From a virus: a stretch of 64,000 nt of DNA. Numbering within the stretch: the stretch's first letter is position 1; the number at the start of each line of letters is the position of its first letter. The translations under genes were made by a program, and so were the position numbers. Positions 9,701 through 16,438 of this stretch are shown here, piece after piece. The DNA lies in IMG/VR virus record IMGVR_UViG_3300027852_000041. The stretch is one strand, 5' to 3'. A model generated the notes under the pieces. That model had not been told where the DNA came from. It searched no databases and saw nothing but the letters and a program-made list of their open reading frames with translations.

Positions 9701-9758
9701 GAGCGGAGGCGAGAAGACTGCCCCGCTCACTATGACGATATTAGTCTCTCGATATTAT
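9701..9758 (+). promoter_or_regulatory. Hairpin + ATATTA(T) box element, copy A
   Basis: Stem GAGCGG (9701..9706) / CCGCTC (9723..9728), inner GGC/GCC pairs and a purine-rich loop GAGAAGA. CGATATTA follows at 9736..9743 and CGATATTAT at 9750..9758. It lies upstream of plus-strand gene 9784. Confidence 0.5.
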
Positions 9759-9783
9759 CAACCTTAAACAAAAGGAGATTATT

Positions 9784-9987
9784 ATGCCCAACAAACCAAG
9801 AAAATTCATTCGGTATCAAGTCCGCAATAAAAGAAAAATCGTACATGGCGGAATTACCGAAAGAACTATAGAAGAACGATTGGGTGAACACCAACAAAAA
9901 TGGCCTGGCGCTACAATAACGCAAGTTGGGCCAAAAGTTACAGAAGAAACCGCCCGTAAATGGGAAAAGGATAAAGGCTATTCCTAA
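9784..9987 (+). CDS. Small GIY-YIG-like protein (possible free-standing nuclease remnant)
   Basis: 67 aa. Strong RBS AAAGGAG. The pattern IRYQV...KIVHGGITERTIEERLGEH resembles the GIY...YIG...R..EH layout. It is on the opposite strand to all flanking late genes. Confidence 0.4.
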   Translation: MPNKPRKFIRYQVRNKRKIVHGGITERTIEERLGEHQQKWPGATITQVGPKVTEETARKWEKDKGYS

Positions 9988-10172
9988 TCTTTCATAGGCA
10001 TAGCTGTACCATCAAATTTGCCAGTTTCTTTTTCAAAATAATATTCCCGTTTATTAATCGCTAATTTTGTAAAAAACGGGGATACGGATATTTCTATCTT
10101 GTTTCCTGTAACTAAATCTTTGTACTCAAAAGGTTGAATTATTGCTTTTTCCATAACTTCCATTATTTGCAT
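9984..10172 (-). CDS. Hypothetical protein
   Basis: 62-aa ORF. The start codon is uncertain (three in-frame ATGs, weak RBS). Confidence 0.35.
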   Translation of the reverse strand: MQIMEVMEKAIIQPFEYKDLVTGNKIEISVSPFFTKLAINKREYYFEKETGKFDGTAMPMKD

Positions 10173-10345
10173 GAAATATTGATTTTAATCAAGCGTTCAA
10201 CTTGGCGCAAAAAGGGATCGCACCGCTCAGTTAAATCGTTAAGGGAACCAAAATTGTCAAAAAAATTAAAAGTAATGCTTAAAAAAATATCTATTTTTAA
10301 TAAAGGAAACAGAATTTTAATGGAAAAACTCAAAGACACTTAGCC

Positions 10346-10543
10346 TCAATCTGTATCGTCATGGGCATCCAATATTACCTCCATACACTCTTCATCATAT
10401 TCCCAAATTAAAGGACTACCATGAATGTCTTCGTGTCCCACAATAAAACCATGTTTTTTAGACACGGATGCAATCTCTTCAAGAAAAGCATCAATTTTTT
10501 TATTTTCTACTTTCTTTGTAAATTTAGCATTCCATCTTTCCAT
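10346..10543 (-). CDS. Hypothetical acidic protein
   Basis: Start moved to MERWNAKF because AGGAGGAATTTTTATG precedes it. 65 aa. Confidence 0.55.
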   Translation of the reverse strand: MERWNAKFTKKVENKKIDAFLEEIASVSKKHGFIVGHEDIHGSPLIWEYDEECMEVILDAHDDTD

Positions 10544-10568
10544 AAAAATTCCTCCTAACAAATCACTG

Positions 10569-10613
10569 GAGAGGACGGCGAGAGGCCGCCGCCTCTCAGT
10601 TCTGCGATATTAT
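10569..10613 (+). promoter_or_regulatory. Hairpin + ATATTAT box element, copy B
   Basis: Stem GAGAGG (10569..10574) / CCTCTC (10592..10597). The loop ACGGCGAGAGGCCGCCG is nearly identical to the copy A loop. CGATATTAT at 10605..10613. A second GAGAGG at 10580..10585 offers an alternative left arm. Confidence 0.5.
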
Positions 10614-10628
10614 GAGTAGTATATTAAA

Positions 10629-10860
10629 TAATTTGCCGCAACCCCCTTTATTTTCTCGGCTAATATCGTTCTAACAGCGACGATTTTTTGTCGGGATAGG
10701 AGGTGAGCCACATGGCAAAGAAAGTCAAAAAGACCTATCAAATAGGTCGTGACGCTGGCACTGGCAGATTTATCCCTGTTGCAGTTGCCAAGCGTCGCAA
10801 GAAAACTGCTGTCGTTGAAACTGTTCAACGATAGCTACACTTTAGGGTTGCGGCAAATTA
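10629..10860. repeat. 16-bp perfect inverted repeat pair flanking a small opposite-strand gene
   Basis: TAATTTGCCGCAACCC at 10629..10644 and its reverse complement GGGTTGCGGCAAATTA at 10845..10860. Confidence 0.8.
10712..10834 (+). CDS. 40-aa highly basic protein
   Basis: MAKKVKKTYQIGRDAGTGRFIPVAVAKRRKKTAVVETVQR. RBS GGAGGTGA 6 nt upstream. It is too short for the ORF track and lies on the opposite strand to its neighbours. Confidence 0.55.
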   Translation: MAKKVKKTYQIGRDAGTGRFIPVAVAKRRKKTAVVETVQR

Positions 10861-10872
10861 ACTAAATAGGTA

Positions 10873-11070
10873 TTAACTAAAAGCTACCTTAACTTTTGCT
10901 GCTGCCTCGTATGTCTTTCTAGTAACTTTCTTTTCAGCCAAAAGGAGTAATACCCGTGCCTCTTTTATTGACAATCCATTAACTATTTTAATAATGTCAT
11001 CTATCTTGTCTTTATTTTGGCCTGCTGCCTGTTTTGCAAAATCATCATTTAAGAGAACCATAGGGTACAT
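10873..11070 (-). CDS. Hypothetical protein
   Basis: 65 aa. RBS AAAGGAAA. Confidence 0.5.
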   Translation of the reverse strand: MYPMVLLNDDFAKQAAGQNKDKIDDIIKIVNGLSIKEARVLLLLAEKKVTRKTYEAAAKVKVAFS

Positions 11071-11199
11071 AATGTTTTCCTTTTAAATAAAGTTTAGCAT
11101 AATCGTTAAATATGTATTTGTTTTTACTTTATGAAGTTCAAGTTGTTCTTTTGCGTATAACACAATGTCCATAAAATTCCCTTAACTTTTACTCATTTT

Positions 11200-11216
11200 A
11201 TGACAAAAGGCAGACA
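11200..11216 (+). repeat. 17-mer ATGACAAAAGGCAGACA, copy 1
   Basis: Identical to 15960..15976. Both copies lie in intergenic DNA upstream of minus-strand genes. Confidence 0.8.
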
Positions 11217-11255
11217 AAGTACTTCATCCAATAACCAACATTTTCGTTACCTGAG

Positions 11256-11450
11256 CTATTTCTTTTTCGATTTTATAAGTTTTTCCCAACTAAAGATTTC
11301 GTTAGGGTGTTTTTTCTCCCAGAAAGCCTTCTTTGCTTCTAAATCAGCATCTAATTCTAAATACGCTTTCCCGTATTTCAATTTGCCTGCCTTCGCATCT
11401 TTTACTATTAGTTTCCTACGAGTCTTTTCTTTTTTTTTTGGTTTTGGCAT
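11256..11450 (-). CDS. Lys-rich hypothetical protein
   Basis: 64 aa. RBS AAAGGAAA. Confidence 0.5.
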   Translation of the reverse strand: MPKPKKKEKTRRKLIVKDAKAGKLKYGKAYLELDADLEAKKAFWEKKHPNEIFSWEKLIKSKKK

Positions 11451-11542
11451 TACCGTTTCCTTTAGCTTTTTGCGTTACTTATACAAGAATAGACGCACAT
11501 AATTTAAAAATAGTCGCCACTTCTCAGTTTAATGCTAAAGCA

Positions 11543-11585
11543 AAAGTGACAAAACTTGCCATTAAATGCAGTAAATTGTCACTTT
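11543..11585 (-). terminator. 10-bp hairpin downstream of the large terminase gene
   Basis: AAAGTGACAA (11543..11552) / TTGTCACTTT (11576..11585) with a 23-nt loop. There is no clean U-tract. Confidence 0.25.
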
Positions 11586-11628
11586 AATTTTAAATTGCAC
11601 ATATAAAAAAGAATGTCAAGACTTATTT

Positions 11629-13284
11629 TCATCTACCGGCAAATTTATTTAAAGGTGGACGGGCAAAATCTCTCTTTTTCCTCTTTACACATTCATATGC
11701 ACGCTCTTCCCTTGTAGCATAGATAGACCATCCGAGAGAATAAATTGAATCATCATGGTATTTAGTTTTTACCTCCGTATGCTCGGAACGCAGCTTGTTA
11801 TATTTCCCCGGATGCCCGAACTTAGGCAAAGAATTTAAGTCACCCTTCACTGTTTGCTCAAAATCATCAAATTCTTTCCTCAGAAAAGTTCTTCCTTCTT
11901 TGTCTTCCTCATCAACCATCAGCCCGTCAGGGATAACAAGCCTTCCTTTGTGAATCTGGTATAAATCGGTGAACATCGGAATCTGGCGATTATCAGTAGC
12001 ATGGATAAGTTCTGCCTCCATCCCCATGTCTTCAGCCCACTGGCATAAATCAGCAGCCTGGTAAACCTCAAAAACAGTATTGTCTATGCGATATTTTTTA
12101 AAATCTTCAAATATAACTTTTTTTAGACTATATTCGCCGTCTAACCCCTGTAAAAAAACAACTTGGTTCAAGATAATATAAAAAGGAAGAGGGGCGTCGA
12201 ATCCAGTCAACCATCCTTTAGCTGTAACAGTCCAAACACTCCTGTCCCCTTTTTTACTGTAAGGCAAAGACCTGTCAAGCCCGCCACCGATAATAAACTT
12301 TGTCTTAAAATCATGCTCAAGTGTTTTTATCTCTTCCTTCCCAATAGGAATCTCAAGGGTTTTCCCAACGGCAAAACATTCATCCAGATGTTCCTGCCCG
12401 AATAACTTACCCCCGGCGCCAATCCAGATATTACGATGGAAGGCATTATAGTCAGGCCCGGTAAGCTGTTTTTCCCTGCTGCTAAGCCAGGCCCTGGAAA
12501 TTAAAGGAGAGATATTATACTTAACATACTCTTTCGGCTTTTCAACTTTATCGGCAAGATAAACAAAAAATATCCGCTCATCTACCGGCGTTTCCCCTTC
12601 AATTTGAATCAGCTTCCCCGAACTTTTATCATGCTCATAAACAGGAGAACCGGCCAATTCCCACAGCTTATAAAAAATATTGGACTTGGGAGAAACCTGA
12701 GACGGCAAAATAATCTGTCCGTCCCTGTCACCCGTCTGGGAAGCAAGAACCTGATACAGCCCCTCCCCGTCAGGGGCAGCATGAATCTCGTCGACAACGG
12801 CAATATCAATAGGATACCCCCAGGAAGAAGCCTTCTCGCTCGAGACTACAACAACCTTGGACTGAGTATCAAGATTTCTTATCTCTTTATCAAGAATATT
12901 CTGTTCCCCAATCATCTCAAATAATTCAGGAGAATTCAAAATTATCTTCTTGATACTGTCAAAAGCTGTAGAAGCTGACTGTTCCCTGGAGTTTGAAGCA
13001 ATAACACTTTCAACATTATAAAACATCGAAAAGTTCCAGGCTCCCAATATCGCTGCCATAAAAGTCTTGGAGTTCCTTTTGGGCAAACCGAAACAGGCAA
13101 CGGTATATTTGTGGCATCTCTCCCCGTCAATTTCAATCATCTCGGTAGCTTCCCTCAACATCCACTTCTGGGAAGTCCAGGGGGATATCTTCTCTATCTT
13201 CCTCCGAACCGGGAAAAATACCAGGTCATTCACCCACCACACAATGTCCTTCTGGTACAACTCTATCTGTTTTTGTGTAAGCAT
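11629..13284 (-). CDS. terL: Terminase large subunit
   Basis: 551 aa. Walker-B-like VVDEIHAAPDGEGLY and an N-terminal P-loop-like GLPKRNSKTF. Size and a nuclease-length C-terminal half are typical. Confidence 0.8.
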   Translation of the reverse strand: MLTQKQIELYQKDIVWWVNDLVFFPVRRKIEKISPWTSQKWMLREATEMIEIDGERCHKYTVACFGLPKRNSKTFMAAILGAWNFSMFYNVESVIASNSREQSASTAFDSIKKIILNSPELFEMIGEQNILDKEIRNLDTQSKVVVVSSEKASSWGYPIDIAVVDEIHAAPDGEGLYQVLASQTGDRDGQIILPSQVSPKSNIFYKLWELAGSPVYEHDKSSGKLIQIEGETPVDERIFFVYLADKVEKPKEYVKYNISPLISRAWLSSREKQLTGPDYNAFHRNIWIGAGGKLFGQEHLDECFAVGKTLEIPIGKEEIKTLEHDFKTKFIIGGGLDRSLPYSKKGDRSVWTVTAKGWLTGFDAPLPFYIILNQVVFLQGLDGEYSLKKVIFEDFKKYRIDNTVFEVYQAADLCQWAEDMGMEAELIHATDNRQIPMFTDLYQIHKGRLVIPDGLMVDEEDKEGRTFLRKEFDDFEQTVKGDLNSLPKFGHPGKYNKLRSEHTEVKTKYHDDSIYSLGWSIYATREERAYECVKRKKRDFARPPLNKFAGR

Positions 13285-13287
13285 AAA

Positions 13288-13866
13288 TTATTCACTTTTC
13301 TCTGAAGGGGTAACATCAATCATAGCCTTCTCAGCTTCCAAAAGCTTCCTCTTGTCTTCCTCAATCTGTAAAAACAATTTCCCGTATTCCGAAAAAGCCC
13401 GTTTCCCCTTCCTCTTCCCGCCAGCAGAATCCATATTCTCCTCGGCCATCGAATAAAACTTCTCTGACAAACGAACCACCATTTCAAGATATTTCGGATA
13501 AGTATCGGAAAGAACAGACAAAACTTTCCCGTCCCCATCAACAAGATTATGCTTCTTTTCCCCATCTATGGCAAGATTCTCAACAATCCACTTATCGAGC
13601 AGGCCCTTAACAATAATCGCGCTGGAAAGGCTGTCCAGGACAAGAGCAACCCCCTGATACTTGCTGAAGCTATCCTCCGCGATTTTGGCTTCTATCTTCA
13701 GATTCCTCCGAACTTTCCCAACATACTTCTTCAAATCCATGTGTTCATTTGGTAATTGCCCGGCAGTGACAAAAGAAACCGCGAGCTTCCGGGACTGTTC
13801 CTCATCCAGATCCTCTTCATTAACAAAAGGAACTAAAGTCTGCTTCGGTGTGTTAGTAACTGACAT
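13288..13866 (-). CDS. Putative terminase small subunit
   Basis: Start moved to MSVTNTPKQ (RBS AGGAGGTAGAAATG). 192 aa. The call rests on its position immediately upstream of terL. Confidence 0.4.
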   Translation of the reverse strand: MSVTNTPKQTLVPFVNEEDLDEEQSRKLAVSFVTAGQLPNEHMDLKKYVGKVRRNLKIEAKIAEDSFSKYQGVALVLDSLSSAIIVKGLLDKWIVENLAIDGEKKHNLVDGDGKVLSVLSDTYPKYLEMVVRLSEKFYSMAEENMDSAGGKRKGKRAFSEYGKLFLQIEEDKRKLLEAEKAMIDVTPSEKSE

Positions 13867-13895
13867 TTCTACCTCCTTTTTTAGGTTTATAATGA

Positions 13896-14090
13896 TTATG
13901 TAAAAACAACTTTGATGCCAATCGCCAGCAACATTACCCAACCAGTAACCACGATAACTTTTATAAATTTTAACAACCTCTGATGATCGGCTGTCATTCC
14001 TTTCTCACCGACAAGAGGAACTAAAAGCAATATGAGCGCCCCAAGGACAGCTCCAACACAAAATATCATTTTAGACATTGCGATTAACAT
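13896..14090 (-). CDS. Small two-TM membrane protein
   Basis: The track ORF 13896..14180 overlaps the tRNA. The internal start MLIAMSKMIFCVG has RBS AAGGAGAGAT. 64 aa. Confidence 0.5.
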   Translation of the reverse strand: MLIAMSKMIFCVGAVLGALILLLVPLVGEKGMTADHQRLLKFIKVIVVTGWVMLLAIGIKVVFT

Positions 14091-14110
14091 ATCTCTCCTT
14101 TCTACATCTT

Positions 14111-14186
14111 TGGCAGTGGCAGAAGGATTCGAACCTTCGTATATCCGGATCAAAGCCGGATGCGTTAACCTCTTCGCCATGCCACT
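14111..14186 (-). tRNA. tRNA-Gln (anticodon TTG) with encoded CCA
   Basis: Hand-folded cloverleaf. Acceptor AGTGGCA/TGCCACT. Anticodon stem TCCGG/CCGGA with loop CTTTGAT. T arm GAAGG-TTCGAAT-CCTTC. Discriminator G plus CCA. 76 nt. Confidence 0.85.
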
Positions 14187-14207
14187 GTGTTTTTTACTGT
14201 TTTAATC

Positions 14208-14372
14208 TTACAGAAAATCATTGAACAATTTTACCGCTGTGTTTTCCCCTAATTGTAACTGCAAACAAGATATAATACTTTTTAACACGTTTTTTAAGTT
14301 CGCAATATCCTTTTCTAATTTTATAACTTTTGCTTCATTCTCAATGAAGTTTTGATATTCTTCTACGTCCAC
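14208..14372 (-). CDS. Hypothetical coiled-coil protein
   Basis: GTG start preceded by GGAGGTTTAAT. 54 aa (VDVEEYQNFIENEAKV...). Confidence 0.4.
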   Translation of the reverse strand: MDVEEYQNFIENEAKVIKLEKDIANLKNVLKSIISCLQLQLGENTAVKLFNDFL

Positions 14373-14418
14373 ATTAAACCTCCAAGAACCTTTAAGTTTA
14401 TAATATATTCGCAAGTTT

Positions 14419-14640
14419 TCATTTTTTCCGTATCTCCTTGGAATCGCAATTAAAAATCGCCAACTTCTCAACTATTTCGAGAACCATAAACCCAAACAAC
14501 ATCCCAAACCCAAAAATAATCAGAAGCAACTTTATAAACTCATACACTGTCTGGTATTCATGATAAAATAAGGTACTGCTACATATTACCGCAACAAACC
14601 CAAAAAATATGTTTGCGACAAAAAGAACTATTGCTGGCAT
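14419..14640 (-). CDS. Small multi-TM membrane protein
   Basis: 73 aa. RBS AAGGAGGG. Hydrophobic throughout. Confidence 0.6.
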   Translation of the reverse strand: MPAIVLFVANIFFGFVAVICSSTLFYHEYQTVYEFIKLLLIIFGFGMLFGFMVLEIVEKLAIFNCDSKEIRKK

Positions 14641-14794
14641 AATATCCCTCCTTTTTTAGTTTGAAAAAATTTGATATCCCGTAATTTTTGAAATAAAACG
14701 CAATGAAAACGGGAGGTTAGGAAATGGGTTTGGGGAATTTGACGGGGGGATTTGAAGGGGTATATATCATTATTCCGCGCAGAAACCATGGGTA

Positions 14795-14852
14795 CCCCTA
14801 CCCCCCCCACCCCTACCCCATCAACAACTCTACCCACTCCTTACCCCACCCC
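14795..14852 (-). other. G-quadruplex-prone tract (C-runs on the plus strand)
   Basis: Plus strand reads CCCC TA CCCCCCCC A CCCC TA CCCC (14795..14819), followed by CCC, CCCC and CCCC up to 14852. It overlaps the stop codon of CDS 14813..15100. Confidence 0.7.
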
Positions 14853-15100
14853 TTACGATACCAAAGCCTAAAGGTTTCCCAAGCATTACTACCCTCCACC
14901 GGTTGTCGCTTCATCCATTCCCCATCTTTGCGCAGGAAGACAGGCCCAAGTATGGGCCGGAACTCCCATCGCCACTCCTTCCCCCTCTTGTCAACACCGC
15001 TATCCTTATACCGAGCATGTGAACACTCCCGGCAATAATCGCACCCGTAATTGTTGCAGTACATAGATGTGCAGGTAAATGCGCAGATATCCGATTTCAT
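14813..15100 (-). CDS. Cys-rich hypothetical protein
   Basis: 95 aa. RBS AAGGAGAG. The N-terminus is CAFTCTSMYCNNYGCDYCREC. Confidence 0.55.
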   Translation of the reverse strand: MKSDICAFTCTSMYCNNYGCDYCRECSHARYKDSGVDKRGKEWRWEFRPILGPVFLRKDGEWMKRQPVEGSNAWETFRLWYRKGWGKEWVELLMG

Positions 15101-15141
15101 TTAATAATCTCTCCTTAAATATGTGTACTTGCCTGAAATCA

Positions 15142-15366
15142 TTAACTTTTATGCCGGAAAACTGGCAATTCTCCTGAATATTCCCCGGAATAAGTAAAAA
15201 AATAAAAGATTCCGCTTTCATCCTCCTCCTCAGCCACCACCGGCCCCCCTTCCTCAGATTTAGAAAGTGGCGGATATAGCAGCACTTCAAGACAATCCGG
15301 GGAAAAATCAGGAATTTCAATTTCCTCCTCTTTTGCCAAGCCCTTAAATTCAAGCAACACCTTCAT
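15142..15366 (-). CDS. Acidic hypothetical protein
   Basis: 74 aa. RBS AAGGAGGA. Confidence 0.55.
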   Translation of the reverse strand: MKVLLEFKGLAKEEEIEIPDFSPDCLEVLLYPPLSKSEEGGPVVAEEEDESGIFYFFTYSGEYSGELPVFRHKS

Positions 15367-15396
15367 GATCTTATCCTCCTTAAGTGTACGGGTGAA

Positions 15397-15717
15397 CTAT
15401 TCCCCCCAGTTCCCCGCCTTAACCGGGCGACCACAGCTATCCTGCCCTATCCCAGGGCCATAGGCATCAAGCTTAACCTTGCCAGTCCTGCTGGTTTCTC
15501 CCTCCCTTGTCCGCCATTCAAACGGCCGGCCGGCAGCGTCAGAGTGCAAGCCGGAACCATAAGCATTTGTTTTATAAGGCTTAATGGTGTCATTTGCCCC
15601 TTGATTGTCCCAGGTATTACCGAAAGTCTCGGAATTATTACCTTGAGAAAAAGCACAAGTAAGTGAAAACATTAAGGTTATTGCTGTTAATATGGATATC
15701 TTGGCTATTTTAATCAT
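15397..15717 (-). CDS. Secreted protein with internal repeat
   Basis: 106 aa. Signal-peptide-like N-terminus MIKIAKISILTAITLMFSLTCAFS. Repeats NAYGSGLHSDAAGRPF and DAYGPGIGQDSCGRPV. RBS AAGGAGGA. Confidence 0.6.
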   Translation of the reverse strand: MIKIAKISILTAITLMFSLTCAFSQGNNSETFGNTWDNQGANDTIKPYKTNAYGSGLHSDAAGRPFEWRTREGETSRTGKVKLDAYGPGIGQDSCGRPVKAGNWGE

Positions 15718-15731
15718 TGCTTATCCTCCTT

Positions 15732-15881
15732 TTAAGATAAAACAAGTACCCGGATTCCTATCCCGCAACCAAGAAACAGCGCTACCCAGTTCAACCAACG
15801 GGTAGGTTTCTGAACTATAAACGGGATTTGTATTGCTGCTACAATAAAATCAGTTGTTGCTAAAAATGCCTGATTTTCCAT
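15732..15881 (-). CDS. 49-aa membrane protein
   Basis: Own translation MENQAFLATTDFIVAAIQIPFIVQKPTRWLNWVALFLGCGIGIRVLVLS. RBS GGGGAGGAG. Below the track length cut-off. Confidence 0.45.
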   Translation of the reverse strand: MENQAFLATTDFIVAAIQIPFIVQKPTRWLNWVALFLGCGIGIRVLVLS

Positions 15882-15959
15882 TTTTCTCCTCCCCTTTTAA
15901 AAAGTAAAAATTTAAGTAATTCCCTTTATTTTAGTGTATCCCAGGGGTGATGACAAAAG

Positions 15960-15976
15960 GCAGACATTGTATCCCC
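15960..15976 (+). repeat. 17-mer ATGACAAAAGGCAGACA, copy 2
   Basis: Identical to 11200..11216. A partial inverted copy TTTTGTCATCA lies at 16122..16132. Confidence 0.8.
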
Positions 15977-16246
15977 CAAACACACACATTTTTTAACCAC
16001 CTGTTTTAATTAAACTTTCTCAAAACCTCTATCTTTTAAGCAGAACATTTTTTATTTTCCCCGGTTTTTCTTTTCTCTTGCTTTTCTTTTATGCCTGAAC
16101 TTGTGCTTTTGTTTGTGTGCGTTTTGTCATCAGTTTGTGCAGTTTCTTTTTTTTTATGTTTTCTCCTTTAAAAAATCAATTTAAAAAAAGAACCAAAAAA
16201 AGCTATGTTTTTTAAATCTAATCTTACACAATTATGCTTTTTTTGT

Positions 16247-16269
16247 TTATCCTCTTAGTTATCCTCTTA
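16247..16269 (+). repeat. Tandem direct repeat TTATCCTCTTA x2 (12-bp period)
   Basis: Copies at 16247..16257 and 16259..16269, inside a 540-bp non-coding AT-rich region. Confidence 0.8.
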
Positions 16270-16345
16270 ATAATTGCAAGAATCATGCCGGGGGTTAAGC
16301 TCATGAATTTAAAGAGGAATCTCCGTTGAAAAAAAAAATAACAAA

Positions 16346-16438
16346 TAGCATATTATGCTAAGAGGGTTAGCACCTCGTGCTAATAGCGTTAGCATATCGT
16401 GCTATTTGATACCCAATAACAAACAGCATGCCGTGCTA
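16346..16438. promoter_or_regulatory. Array of four TAGCA-N5-TGCTA palindromes (operator/iteron-like)
   Basis: TAGCATATTATGCTA at 16346..16360, TAGCACCTCGTGCTA at 16368..16382, TAGCATATCGTGCTA at 16390..16404 and cAGCATGCCGTGCTA at 16424..16438. The first three are spaced exactly 22 bp apart. CGTGCTATTTGATA occurs twice. Confidence 0.75.

Noticed and set aside
10610-10828. 72-aa minus-strand ORF between the inverted repeats.
   Set aside because: It has no RBS. The opposite-strand 40-aa ORF has a good RBS and a protein-like basic sequence.
14111-14186. Possibility that the tRNA is a suppressor indicating stop-codon reassignment.
   Set aside because: The anticodon is TTG (normal Gln). ORFs up to 2294 aa are intact in the standard code.
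14628-15038. ORFs 14628..14837 (-) and 14724..15038 (+) across the G/C-run tract.
   Set aside because: Their Gly/Val- or Pro-rich translations are artefacts of the homopolymer runs. They have no RBS and overlap better-supported genes.
16346-16438. Possible CRISPR-like array.
   Set aside because: The units are 15-bp palindromes with 7-19-bp gaps rather than 25-40-nt repeats with spacers. There are no cas genes, and I saw no CRISPR array anywhere in the window.
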